The notes below the pieces were generated by a model. It was not told the origin of the DNA. It ran no database searches and saw nothing but the letters and a program-made list of their open reading frames with translations. A program made the translations under genes and the position numbers. Shown here in pieces: positions 35,797 through 44,851 of a stretch of 55,547 nucleotides of DNA (position 1 is its first letter; each line of letters opens with the position of its first letter). Origin of the DNA: a virus (taxonomy: Duplodnaviria; Caudoviricetes); the IMG/VR virus record IMGVR_UViG_3300037961_002849, positions 1 to 55,547 of that record. One strand, written 5' to 3'.

Positions 35797-36906
35797 CTAT
35801 CTAAACTGGTAATTAAGTCCACACTTTACTAAATAGAGCTCTCTATCCCAATACTTCATATATTCTCCCTCGATAAAGATACCCCAATTCAATCCAACTT
35901 TATACCCCAGTATTAGACCAGCGGAGTAGTCCATCCACTGCCCGGGTATCCAGTGGTTTGTAGTTTCTAGTTGATCCGCAAAATTCTCATAAGAAAAATT
36001 AAGATCACCTACAACGTGCCTATGCCAAGGCAATAAGTTTGCCCAAGAGTGAATCCAGAAGTCCTCGTTATAGTGATAATAGTCAACACCCATTATTGCG
36101 GACACGCTACCCAAAGCACCTATGCTGTCTAGTTTTGTTCTGTTGTAATCGTTGACGATGTCTCCATAAATATATTTACGAAAGTCTTCATCTGTATCAG
36201 CGACCTTAACTCCATTAGCATCTTCCCAGAACCAATCAAAATTATCTAGGACATCATCATTGTCATAATCAATGCCGTAGTAATAGTCTTCATATCCATA
36301 TTCAAAAGCAAGCTCCCACCAAGGGTTAAACTGTAAATAATCAGCAATAGGATTATAACCGTATGGCATATGCTGTCTGTACGCAGCTCCTAAGCTAAAG
36401 TCTAATTCTCCTAAATGAAGTCTTAAACGAGTATCAACCTGGGTATAGTTTAGATTAACCAGTCCTTGATCATAATACTCGCCCTTTACCATGAAGTACT
36501 TATTCAAGTACCTTAAAAAGTATCTTTGATTGATGTAGTCTCTACCCTGCTGTCTGCCTCTATCGTACTGAGCTAGGTATTCAAATCCCTTAACAGCTCC
36601 TACAGTAGCAGCGGTAGAAGTGTTTGACTGATTATGCCCATCGTAAAATCTATTCTGACGATTCTCATATTCAAATCTAGCTACACGACGAATCCCTACT
36701 GTAGCTCTGTAGTCAAAAGGATTTTCAATAGTTATGTTTTGCAAGTCGCCGCCTTGAGTGACATAGTATTCTGTCTGCGCCTCCATAGGAGATGCGGCCA
36801 TGGCACTAGTATAAACAGTGCTGTACTTAAAAAAATTCTTTACAATGTTTTGAGAAAACGATTGTGTTGATATGATAAAGAATGTTATTAAAAATATTTT
36901 TTTCAT
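35797..36906 (-). CDS. Putative outer-membrane beta-barrel protein
   Basis: Signal peptide, alternating aromatic beta-strands, C-terminal GLNYQFR beta-signal-like end. Confidence 0.65.
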   Translation of the reverse strand: MKKIFLITFFIISTQSFSQNIVKNFFKYSTVYTSAMAASPMEAQTEYYVTQGGDLQNITIENPFDYRATVGIRRVARFEYENRQNRFYDGHNQSNTSTAATVGAVKGFEYLAQYDRGRQQGRDYINQRYFLRYLNKYFMVKGEYYDQGLVNLNYTQVDTRLRLHLGELDFSLGAAYRQHMPYGYNPIADYLQFNPWWELAFEYGYEDYYYGIDYDNDDVLDNFDWFWEDANGVKVADTDEDFRKYIYGDIVNDYNRTKLDSIGALGSVSAIMGVDYYHYNEDFWIHSWANLLPWHRHVVGDLNFSYENFADQLETTNHWIPGQWMDYSAGLILGYKVGLNWGIFIEGEYMKYWDRELYLVKCGLNYQFR

Positions 36907-36907
36907 C

Positions 36908-37261
36908 TTACCACTTGTTAGCCCCCGTTATTTTATCGACCTCTTCTTGAAGTTCTGAATAGTGAATGTCTAGATTTAATGAAAGACCTGCTTCCCACCG
37001 CTTTATCTCCTTACCATTATTATACAAAATAACAGTAGGGACAGAGCGTATACCTTCACTCTCTTTTAATTCTGGATCCTTGTCTATCCAAGCTTTGTAT
37101 ATTTTACAATCCTTTACTCTGGCTATATCTGAAAAATTGTTTGACGAATTAAACTCTGCGTTATAATGCACCAACACAATTCCTTTAACGCTAATCTTGT
37201 TCTTATTATCAAATGTTTGTGACGGCACTAAAAAGAGCACTGCTAGAATTAAGTTTTTCAT
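36908..37261 (-). CDS. Thioredoxin-fold protein lacking CxxC, with signal peptide
   Basis: LVHYNAEFN...GIRSVPTVILYNNGKEIKR. Confidence 0.7.
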   Translation of the reverse strand: MKNLILAVLFLVPSQTFDNKNKISVKGIVLVHYNAEFNSSNNFSDIARVKDCKIYKAWIDKDPELKESEGIRSVPTVILYNNGKEIKRWEAGLSLNLDIHYSELQEEVDKITGANKW

Positions 37262-37262
37262 A

Positions 37263-37541
37263 TCACTTCATTTCAAATAATCTTTCTTCGATCTTATCTA
37301 ACTGAGTTTTAATTTCCTTAACATCGCCCTGGGTGTTCATTATAGTTTCACGAACAAGCTCATCTTTGAGGTCGTATTCTGTTCGGCTAATTACTGGCGC
37401 AGGAAGCTCTTTTGCTTCTTCAATACCCGCTTGAAGATCAAAGTAGCCTATAGTTAGAACGCCTACACCCGCGACAATGGCCCCTATGGTTTTAAGAGAC
37501 AAGCCAATTACTGTGTTTTCAGATATTTCTTTTGGTTGCAT
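37263..37541 (-). CDS. Single-TM coiled-coil protein
   Basis: Hydrophobic segment followed by heptads. Confidence 0.65.
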   Translation of the reverse strand: MQPKEISENTVIGLSLKTIGAIVAGVGVLTIGYFDLQAGIEEAKELPAPVISRTEYDLKDELVRETIMNTQGDVKEIKTQLDKIEERLFEMK

Positions 37542-38425
37542 TATTTGCTTTGTTTTAAATCGTCGTATGCCTTCATATCCATGATAAAAGAGTTAACCCT
37601 TTCATCTTTATTTTTTTCTTTTCCTGCCCAATGATAGTCTGCCCAGTATTCTACCAATGGCATTTTACCAGTAAATAAGTCTGCTAAATCAGCTTTTGGA
37701 TGGGCAAGCTGATTCATTAAGAACAGATATTTTTGTTGCTCTAAAGATACGGTAGAAGCGTCAAAAGACTTAGAGGGGTATGCATCTTTAATCCAAGAGG
37801 GAATCTCGTACTTTGAGAGCTCTGGATGTGACTGATCTTTACCGCTGATAAGGTTGTACGCTCGGTTTATAGCGATGATGCCCCCATGTCCGTCGCCGAC
37901 TTCAAATTGAAAAGCACCACGCCCCGGTCCTCCGCCTTTTTGTTTTATGACTGGATCCCCCTTTGACTCATGAAATATAATTCTACTCATCACATCTTCA
38001 ATCTGTTCTGGAGACGACCCTTTTGTTCTGGCCACATAGCTTACAAGCTCTTGATAGCTGAGCTCTTTTTCTGGAGCATTTACAACACCGCCCTCTTCAA
38101 ATCTTCTTTTCTGGGATTTTGGTGGAGATTTCTTGCTTCCTCCTGGACCTGCCCAAAAAAGCTTGTCGGCCCAGTAAGCCGCGCTCATTTTACCCTTAGC
38201 GATGTTCTTAGCATGGCGCGCTTTAAAAGACTTACGCGCATCTTTAGAATAGTTGTGCCCCATCTTCTGATCTCCAAAACGAATCAAACGCACCTTGTTG
38301 CCGACCTTCGCGAGAACAACTCCTTTTTTTGTCGGGTGGCTTGGCGTGCGCTTAGCTTTGTTAACCCCTTTAAGACCGTGCTTTTTAAGGAGTCTCTTGA
38401 TTCTTTTTTTTAGATCGGTGCTCAT
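37541..38425 (-). CDS. Basic N-terminal domain (RFG...RKSFKARH...SAAYW) fused to a lysozyme/transglycosylase-like domain
   Basis: C-terminal HESKGDP...GPGRGAFQF is an SLT-like motif. The junction reads FEEGG. Confidence 0.6.
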   Translation of the reverse strand: MSTDLKKRIKRLLKKHGLKGVNKAKRTPSHPTKKGVVLAKVGNKVRLIRFGDQKMGHNYSKDARKSFKARHAKNIAKGKMSAAYWADKLFWAGPGGSKKSPPKSQKRRFEEGGVVNAPEKELSYQELVSYVARTKGSSPEQIEDVMSRIIFHESKGDPVIKQKGGGPGRGAFQFEVGDGHGGIIAINRAYNLISGKDQSHPELSKYEIPSWIKDAYPSKSFDASTVSLEQQKYLFLMNQLAHPKADLADLFTGKMPLVEYWADYHWAGKEKNKDERVNSFIMDMKAYDDLKQSK

Positions 38426-38429
38426 GAAG

Positions 38430-38437
38430 CAAAGATA
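38430..38437 (-). promoter_or_regulatory. -7 box TATCTTTG, leaderless transcript
   Basis: 4 nt before the ATG at 38425. Confidence 0.7.
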
Positions 38438-38440
38438 AAA

Positions 38441-38505
38441 AATAAAAGGGGGGCAAAAGCCCCCCCTTCAATAGTAAACCAAACTCATATAAATGCCTTA
38501 TGAGT
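38441..38505 (-). ncRNA. Candidate small antisense RNA (~65 nt)
   Basis: Own -7 box at 38510-38517, a 5' hairpin and a terminator. Complementary to start-codon regions of + strand genes. Confidence 0.6.
38444..38468 (-). terminator. Rho-independent terminator
   Basis: GGGGGGC-TTTT-GCCCCCC followed by TTTTATTTT on the - strand. Confidence 0.85.
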
Positions 38506-38509
38506 AGTT

Positions 38510-38517
38510 CAAAGATA
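38510..38517 (-). promoter_or_regulatory. -7 box TATCTTTG driving the candidate sRNA
   Basis: Consensus box with no ORF between it and the terminator. Confidence 0.6.
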
Positions 38518-38529
38518 CATATAAAAACT

Positions 38530-38772
38530 TTATTCAGCGGTTTCTTGCTCAGTATATTCTCCGGTAGCTATATCGATACTGATCGATCCGTATTTTTCTT
38601 GTAGGTCTTTTTGAACTTCAGCAAGCTCTGTCTCTACTTGATCGAGTTGCGGTAAGGATTTCATAACAGCGGCAAAGCTTCTTCCTAAAGCCGCATAAAA
38701 GTTTGTTGATTGTGAAATTTTTTCACTAACCAAGGCAAGTTCTTCCTTGGTGATTTTCTTGGATTTTGCCAT
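38530..38772 (-). CDS. Small coiled-coil tail-associated protein
   Basis: EKYGSISIDIATGEY motif, downstream of the fibre genes. Confidence 0.7.
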   Translation of the reverse strand: MAKSKKITKEELALVSEKISQSTNFYAALGRSFAAVMKSLPQLDQVETELAEVQKDLQEKYGSISIDIATGEYTEQETAE

Positions 38773-38808
38773 CTGAATTAAATTTAATTATGTAAAAGTA
38801 AAAAAATC

Positions 38809-39132
38809 TTACGATATATACTTGGTTACTGAAGTGGGATTAGCTCTTTCTGTAATCATCGCGTCTACAGATGCCTTTAGCTCCGCAACTTTATCAGCAC
38901 CCAATGCTGCCTCAACCCAAGCGGTAACAGAATCATTAGTCAAGTCGCTAAATGCTACGAAGCTTTCAATGCTGTCTGTAGCCAACGCGCAAGTTCCTAT
39001 TGTGCTATCTTCAACGCCATTGCTATCAACGCCTTTAAGACGCCAGTGTACTGTGTGAACTACGTCTGCGTTATCTCCAAGTGTGGGGTATGTGTCTACT
39101 GTTCTACAATCCCAAGAATAAGTGTTTGCCAT
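38809..39132 (-). CDS. Putative tail-fibre assembly/accessory protein
   Basis: TYSW...VVHTVHWRL...FVAFSDLT...VTAWVE pattern, synteny. Confidence 0.65.
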   Translation of the reverse strand: MANTYSWDCRTVDTYPTLGDNADVVHTVHWRLKGVDSNGVEDSTIGTCALATDSIESFVAFSDLTNDSVTAWVEAALGADKVAELKASVDAMITERANPTSVTKYIS

Positions 39133-39155
39133 TTTTTATGTTTTTATAGTTAATG

Positions 39156-39163
39156 CAAAATTA
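39156..39163 (-). promoter_or_regulatory. -7 box TAATTTTG
   Basis: Intergenic consensus match. Confidence 0.55.
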
Positions 39164-39172
39164 ATCAAAATA

Positions 39173-40129
39173 CTAGATTTGAACTACTGTCTGGCTGTTC
39201 GCATTCGCAAAGTCATAGTTTCCGCTATCGTCAGCATCGTTTACAGAAGGTGCGCTCGTTGATGTATCTCCAAATATTAAGTTAGAAGTGTAACCAGCAT
39301 TTGCTGCTGTTATGGGTTTCCCAGAATTATACATTGCGGTAATGTTTGAGCTAGAGGACAGAGCGTCCCACATATGCATATACATATAGTCCGCAATACG
39401 GCTACCCCCGGTGTTGTGGTCGTTACCACAGAAGGTTAATTCGTCAAGTGTCATATTAACTCTGCTCCCATTATTGCTTGCAGCCGAAGTTGTCAATTCT
39501 GTTCCGTTCCAATACAAGTCAAATGCTGCATCAGCTGTAGACTGAGAGGCGTCATAGTTTAAAAATAAATGAACAAAGTTATCGCTATTTACATTTCCTC
39601 TATTTGAACCTGCCCAATTGTTGCTAGAGCTTGTCCCAGTGCCACAAGCTGAATTGTTATCGTGGAGCGCCCACTGCCTATCAAAGTTTGTAGAACCGCT
39701 TCTATATCTAGCTATAAATCTGTTTAGACCATAGTCGTATTGTAAGAAGAATCTATTTGCAGTAGATGTAGTGCCAGATGGGGTTAAGTCAAAAATAATT
39801 AAGTTCAAGTCTGTTGTTGCCCATTGCGGTCTAATCCATAATGAAATACTAAAGTCTTCGGATGTAGATTCAAGCGGCTTGTCTGTTGCTGAATCCCATT
39901 TAAGATCCGTATTCAAATCCCAATAATAAAAAGCAAAATCATGGTCATAGCTGTACCATTCGCTTATAGCATGAGGCTGTTGGTCATTGGGAAAGCTTGG
40001 ACTTGAAGTGTTGATTGGCTCAACAATACTTTCAACAGCTTCGGTAATGCTTAATTGAAAATTTGATGCTTGATTTAACTCCGTGGATATATCAGAGAAG
40101 CTTATCTGTCCGCTACTTGGTAATGCCAT
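39173..40129 (-). CDS. Distal tail-fibre adhesin with LamG/ConA-like lectin domain
   Basis: MALPSSGQISFSDI N-terminus; FSISLWIRP, LYWNG and WDALSSS..ITAMYNSG motifs. Confidence 0.7.
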   Translation of the reverse strand: MALPSSGQISFSDISTELNQASNFQLSITEAVESIVEPINTSSPSFPNDQQPHAISEWYSYDHDFAFYYWDLNTDLKWDSATDKPLESTSEDFSISLWIRPQWATTDLNLIIFDLTPSGTTSTANRFFLQYDYGLNRFIARYRSGSTNFDRQWALHDNNSACGTGTSSSNNWAGSNRGNVNSDNFVHLFLNYDASQSTADAAFDLYWNGTELTTSAASNNGSRVNMTLDELTFCGNDHNTGGSRIADYMYMHMWDALSSSSNITAMYNSGKPITAANAGYTSNLIFGDTSTSAPSVNDADDSGNYDFANANSQTVVQI

Positions 40130-43100
40130 TACAATCTATTTTCTAAATCAATAATGCGCTCTTCTAACTGAGATATGATTTCTTGTTGCTCCTTTACAGC
40201 CTCAACCAACAAAGCGGTAATGTTGCCGTATGCTACAGAATGTATTCCGTCTTCGTTCTCGTGAACTACCTCTGGTAATACCTCTTTGAGTTGCTGTGCA
40301 ATAAAACCAATCTTTTGCTTCTTGTCTTCATCGTTCTTCTTAACGAATGAAACACCTTGAATCGCTTGTACCTTTTCAAGAGAGTTTTGTAATGGCTTAA
40401 TATCTTCTTTTAGTCTTTCATCAGAGAAAGCGGTAATATCTGCTGCGGCTGTTACATTACCCGAGGAATCAATAGATAATTTAGCAGAAGATAAGTTATC
40501 ATTTGCATTATCAAATACAAACGAAGTGCTACCTGCGGGCACACCTATACGCCAAGCGGCAGAACCGTTACTCTCAAACTTTTGATTTACAAGACCCGAG
40601 CTAGCCGTAGTAAGGTGTAACTTTGCGTCAATGCTTGTTTCACCAACACCTACATTACCATTTGAGTTAATGCTCAATCCTAAGGTAGAACCTCCTCCCG
40701 TATAGAGGTTCATGCTCTCGTTGTCTAATACAGTAATTCTTGCTCTTTCGGCTGAATCATCTCTAAAGAAAACATAATTCGCTTGATTGCCCATAGACTC
40801 AATATCAAACGATGCCCAGTTTGTTGAGCTAGCTCTAACCTTAATTGTTGGATTAGACCCTACAACCTCAAGGTCTTCAGCAGGACTAGTGGTACCGATA
40901 CCCATATTCCCCCCAGTAAAATAACTATCCCCGTATGAACGCAGTAATATAGTTGTTACTCCACCATCAACAGCTTTAATTACGCCTCCGCTAGCATTAG
41001 ACTCTAATTGTGACCAGTGGCTTGTATTATACTGCGACCTAACATAGCTGCCAGTAGAGGTAATAAAGCTAGTTGCCTCAAATCCACCCGTTACATTAGC
41101 GCCTGCTGAAGAAGTTTCAAACTTCTTTGAATTGTCATAGTACAATTCTGCGGCTCCATCAGCAGTAAACAACGCCATTGTTTCGTTGTCATGCTTTCTA
41201 ATTCTTACTGCATTGCCCGAGTTAAGTCTTAATTCTCCCGTACCATTGTCATGAACATAACTATTATTGCCATCGTGATATATTTCTAAATCAACGGCAT
41301 TACCAAAATATGCCTTAACATTATCAGCGTGCTGTGTGTTTTTACTAAAAATTGTTGCTACAGACCCGCCATCTAATCTGAAGTATTCAGTAACACCACC
41401 CGAGCCATCATCACATATAAACTGAATGTCAGCATCGTCAGCTTGCTGATATATCTGCAAATTACCCGTGATATTGTTTAACACGCTGTTAGTGCCATCG
41501 TGATAAATCTGTAGGTCATTACCATTACCAAAGCCCGCTAAGACACTATCGGCGTGTTTTGTGTTTTTATCAAACTGCGTAAGTTCTGCACTGCCGTCAA
41601 TTCTAATGTATTGAGCGTTACCACCGCTTCCATCATCGCAGTGAAAAATTATATCTTTATCATCAGCCGCGTTTCTTATATATAAATCACCAGTGGCATT
41701 TTCAAAATAAGAATTTGAACCATCGTGGTGTACTTGTAAATCACTTGAAGCACCAAGTTGTACTCTTGCGCCATCTGCGAATCTAAATGATTTAGAACTT
41801 TCTGTTCTTTCAGTACTACCATCTAATCTAAAGTATTCAGCTACGCCACCAGACCCGTTATCAGACTTAAATATGATGTCTTTGTCATCAGCTTTATTCT
41901 GTATAATTATATCACCCGTTTCATTGGTAATAATTGAATCTGTTGCATCATGGCTAATTTTTAAATCTTCCGAATCACCAAATGCTGCTTTAGTATTATC
42001 TCTAAATAATGCAGTTGCGGCAAAGTTTATGTTTACAGCACTACCATCTAATCTGAAGTATTCAGTACGGCCACCACTTCCATCATCACATTGGAAAGTA
42101 ATATCTTGGTCATTAGCGTCATTTCTTATATATAGAGTCCCCGTTGAATTTGCAATAAGACTATTAGTTGCATCGTGTAGTATTTTTAAATCTCCGCCCG
42201 TACCTATTTGTATTTCACCGCTATCAACCATGCGTATATTTCTTTCAAAATATACTCTTGTTGCACTACCATCTATTGTGAAATATGTAGACAAACCACC
42301 GCTTCCATCGTCAGCTTTGAATATGATGTCTTTGTCATCATTGAACTGTTGGATGTATAAATCACCGATACCATTTGAATTTATGAGGGAGTCTGTTCCG
42401 TTATGGAGTAATCTTAAATCGTGGCCATTACCAATACGCAGCTGTACGTTATCATTAAGAGTAAGGTTACCACTCGTTATCGTTCCACCCGTAGTGGTCA
42501 TACCATTACTGCTTGTAAGGTAGCCAGCATCGTTATTGAATCCACTAATATCAACGGTTGCTGGATCGCCAGTAATATCAGTCCAAGTTACGGTGACACC
42601 ATTTAAAAAGGCTAATGAACCAAGTCCACGCTGCTCAACTTCCGTTCCGTTCATTACAAGGGCAGTAGTTGATGAGCTGTTAGCGTCTCTCGTTGCGATA
42701 GTTAACCTACCCCCTACATTTACATCTCCATTAGCTTTTACTCTAAAACAAACCTTGTCATAAGTGGTGTCTGTGGTATAGTTGCCACTACCCGAAAGCA
42801 CAGCAAAACTGTCACTTGCGTCATTGTCTTTAAGACCCAATACAAAATGACCGCTACTTGGTGCTTGTAGTAAACCACCAAATGTACTTCCATCAATTAA
42901 GCCATCAATATCTGTATCTGAAGAAGTCCAATTAGTTAGTAAGCCAAAGTTGTCAATAGTTACCGCTCCCGCGACGTGTAATTTTTGAGATGGGCTAGTA
43001 GTCCCAATACCAACGTTGCCCGATGAAATGATACGCATACGCTCCGTATCACCAGTAAAGAATCTTAAATAGTTACTAGCATTACTTCCGTCAATTCTAG

Positions 43101-44769
43101 CATCAGTACCACCCCATTGAATTTTATAGGTGTCACTAAGCTGCAAATGCCCCACGGTTACAGAAGCCCCCGTTGAGGTTGTTTCAAACTTCTTAGAGTT
43201 ATCATAGAACAATTCTACCGAACCATCCGCGGTAGCAACAATCATATTTTCAGCATCATCTTGCTTGTTTACCACAAATTTGCTGGTCAATACGGTTAAA
43301 TTACCCGTGCCTTGGTCGCTTATAAAACTATGTGAGCCGTTGTGATAGATCTGCAAATCGTTGCCTGCGCCTAAGTATAGAACATCACTATCGCCTAAAC
43401 TTAAATTAGCATCAACGGTTACATTGCCGTTAAAGTATGCAGTGCCTTGGTTGTAGAAGTTATAAGAAGCATGAGCCGTGCTTATACCAACCGCAAAGCT
43501 ATTCGTTACATTAGCATCTCCATTAACAGTCAGCTCCTCTGTGGGGCTAGTGGTATTAATCCCAACGTAGCCAGACGGCAATATGGTTACTCTAGAATCC
43601 CCTAAATCTGCACTTGCAGAACCCGAGGCGCTGTTAAGTATGTGGATGTTACCTCTTGCATCACCAAATGAAGCGTCATCTCTTTCAAATACAATCGCAG
43701 AGTGTCTATAGTTAGAGTTCCCCGTTTCCGAATAACCAAAATGCAATCCTGCGTACTCTCCCGCTGATATACCACCTGCAATACTTGCTACTGCATTGTT
43801 TGTACCTAGGTAAACATCTAATTTCTTTTGAGGGCTTGTAGTGCCGATACCAACATTAGAAGAAGTAATACGCATTACTTCGGAAGTACTTGAACCAGCC
43901 GTATTAGCATTTCCGCCCGTTTCAAATATTAAATTACCGCTAGTATTTTTGATTTCAATAGAGCCGCCATTGTCAGCCATTGCTAAAATCGTAGTGGCAT
44001 CACCGCTTTGTAAATATGCTAATGTATTTGTAGTGGGGTGATATATATGAAATTTTTCCGATGGACCAGTAGTCCCGATACCAACGTTACCGCTTCCATC
44101 TACAGCAAGTCTTGGTTGACTATTAGTCCCAATAAAATACTTGTTACTTCCAGCTACAAAAGCAACAAGGTCTGAACTGCTGTCTCCGAAGTTTACACCC
44201 GCCCAGTCACCAGTACCCCATCCGCCTCTAAAAGTAGAGCCATCGTATACTCTAAATGCTCCATTAGTTGTGTCAGAAGTGTCTATTTTCCCCTCAACAA
44301 CAAGTTCTGCATGAGGGCTAGTGTTCCCAATACCTACATTGCCCGCGGCTTCTAGCCTCATTATTTCAGAGCCATTTACTAATATGGTTCCTCTGTTTGT
44401 AGAATTATATTTTATAGAAGCGCCAGTGCCGCCATCTCCAATTTGTATATTCCCCGAAACATCAAGCTTTTCACTAGGGCTAGTAGTTCCGATACCTACG
44501 TTACCAGCCGCGATATAGTTAGCTGTGCCATCAGAATAAAATGATACTTTTGCGGTTCCGCCATCATATAAGTGGAAGCGTCCACCATTTGTAGACTTCT
44601 CTCCAATTGCAGCAATTACATCTGAACTGCCAGTTGCAATTAATCGTATTCCAGAATCAGCTGATGATGCAGAATTTGATTTAACATCTAAAGGAGCGCC
44701 TGGACTTGATGTTCCAATACCAGCTTTACCGTCTACGGTTATATCTGTTAAAAATCTATTTGATGCCAT
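40129..44769 (-). CDS. Long tail fibre with C-terminal intramolecular chaperone (Peptidase S74)
   Basis: GNVGIGTTSP and DLQIYHDG repeats; SDERLKEDIK...GFIAQ...PEVV. Confidence 0.9.
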   Translation of the reverse strand: MASNRFLTDITVDGKAGIGTSSPGAPLDVKSNSASSADSGIRLIATGSSDVIAAIGEKSTNGGRFHLYDGGTAKVSFYSDGTANYIAAGNVGIGTTSPSEKLDVSGNIQIGDGGTGASIKYNSTNRGTILVNGSEIMRLEAAGNVGIGNTSPHAELVVEGKIDTSDTTNGAFRVYDGSTFRGGWGTGDWAGVNFGDSSSDLVAFVAGSNKYFIGTNSQPRLAVDGSGNVGIGTTGPSEKFHIYHPTTNTLAYLQSGDATTILAMADNGGSIEIKNTSGNLIFETGGNANTAGSSTSEVMRITSSNVGIGTTSPQKKLDVYLGTNNAVASIAGGISAGEYAGLHFGYSETGNSNYRHSAIVFERDDASFGDARGNIHILNSASGSASADLGDSRVTILPSGYVGINTTSPTEELTVNGDANVTNSFAVGISTAHASYNFYNQGTAYFNGNVTVDANLSLGDSDVLYLGAGNDLQIYHNGSHSFISDQGTGNLTVLTSKFVVNKQDDAENMIVATADGSVELFYDNSKKFETTSTGASVTVGHLQLSDTYKIQWGGTDARIDGSNASNYLRFFTGDTERMRIISSGNVGIGTTSPSQKLHVAGAVTIDNFGLLTNWTSSDTDIDGLIDGSTFGGLLQAPSSGHFVLGLKDNDASDSFAVLSGSGNYTTDTTYDKVCFRVKANGDVNVGGRLTIATRDANSSSTTALVMNGTEVEQRGLGSLAFLNGVTVTWTDITGDPATVDISGFNNDAGYLTSSNGMTTTGGTITSGNLTLNDNVQLRIGNGHDLRLLHNGTDSLINSNGIGDLYIQQFNDDKDIIFKADDGSGGLSTYFTIDGSATRVYFERNIRMVDSGEIQIGTGGDLKILHDATNSLIANSTGTLYIRNDANDQDITFQCDDGSGGRTEYFRLDGSAVNINFAATALFRDNTKAAFGDSEDLKISHDATDSIITNETGDIIIQNKADDKDIIFKSDNGSGGVAEYFRLDGSTERTESSKSFRFADGARVQLGASSDLQVHHDGSNSYFENATGDLYIRNAADDKDIIFHCDDGSGGNAQYIRIDGSAELTQFDKNTKHADSVLAGFGNGNDLQIYHDGTNSVLNNITGNLQIYQQADDADIQFICDDGSGGVTEYFRLDGGSVATIFSKNTQHADNVKAYFGNAVDLEIYHDGNNSYVHDNGTGELRLNSGNAVRIRKHDNETMALFTADGAAELYYDNSKKFETSSAGANVTGGFEATSFITSTGSYVRSQYNTSHWSQLESNASGGVIKAVDGGVTTILLRSYGDSYFTGGNMGIGTTSPAEDLEVVGSNPTIKVRASSTNWASFDIESMGNQANYVFFRDDSAERARITVLDNESMNLYTGGGSTLGLSINSNGNVGVGETSIDAKLHLTTASSGLVNQKFESNGSAAWRIGVPAGSTSFVFDNANDNLSSAKLSIDSSGNVTAAADITAFSDERLKEDIKPLQNSLEKVQAIQGVSFVKKNDEDKKQKIGFIAQQLKEVLPEVVHENEDGIHSVAYGNITALLVEAVKEQQEIISQLEERIIDLENRL

Positions 44770-44786
44770 ATTAGAATTGTATAGTG

Positions 44787-44794
44787 CAAAGATA
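44787..44794 (-). promoter_or_regulatory. -7 box TATCTTTG
   Basis: Directly downstream of a terminator. Confidence 0.65.
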
Positions 44795-44829
44795 AAAAAA
44801 AGAGGGGTGCAGTATAAGCCACACCCCTC
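44795..44829 (-). terminator. Rho-independent terminator
   Basis: GAGGGGTG...CACCCCTC stem followed by a T-tract on the - strand. Confidence 0.7.
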
Positions 44830-44851
44830 CCCATACTAATATCAATATATA

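Noticed and set aside
38500-38604. 34-codon + strand ORF starting at the ATGCCTTATG copy
   Set aside because: It is antisense to a real gene, with no + strand promoter seen. The promoter and terminator polarity favour a - strand sRNA, so this is kept only as the alternative hypothesis.
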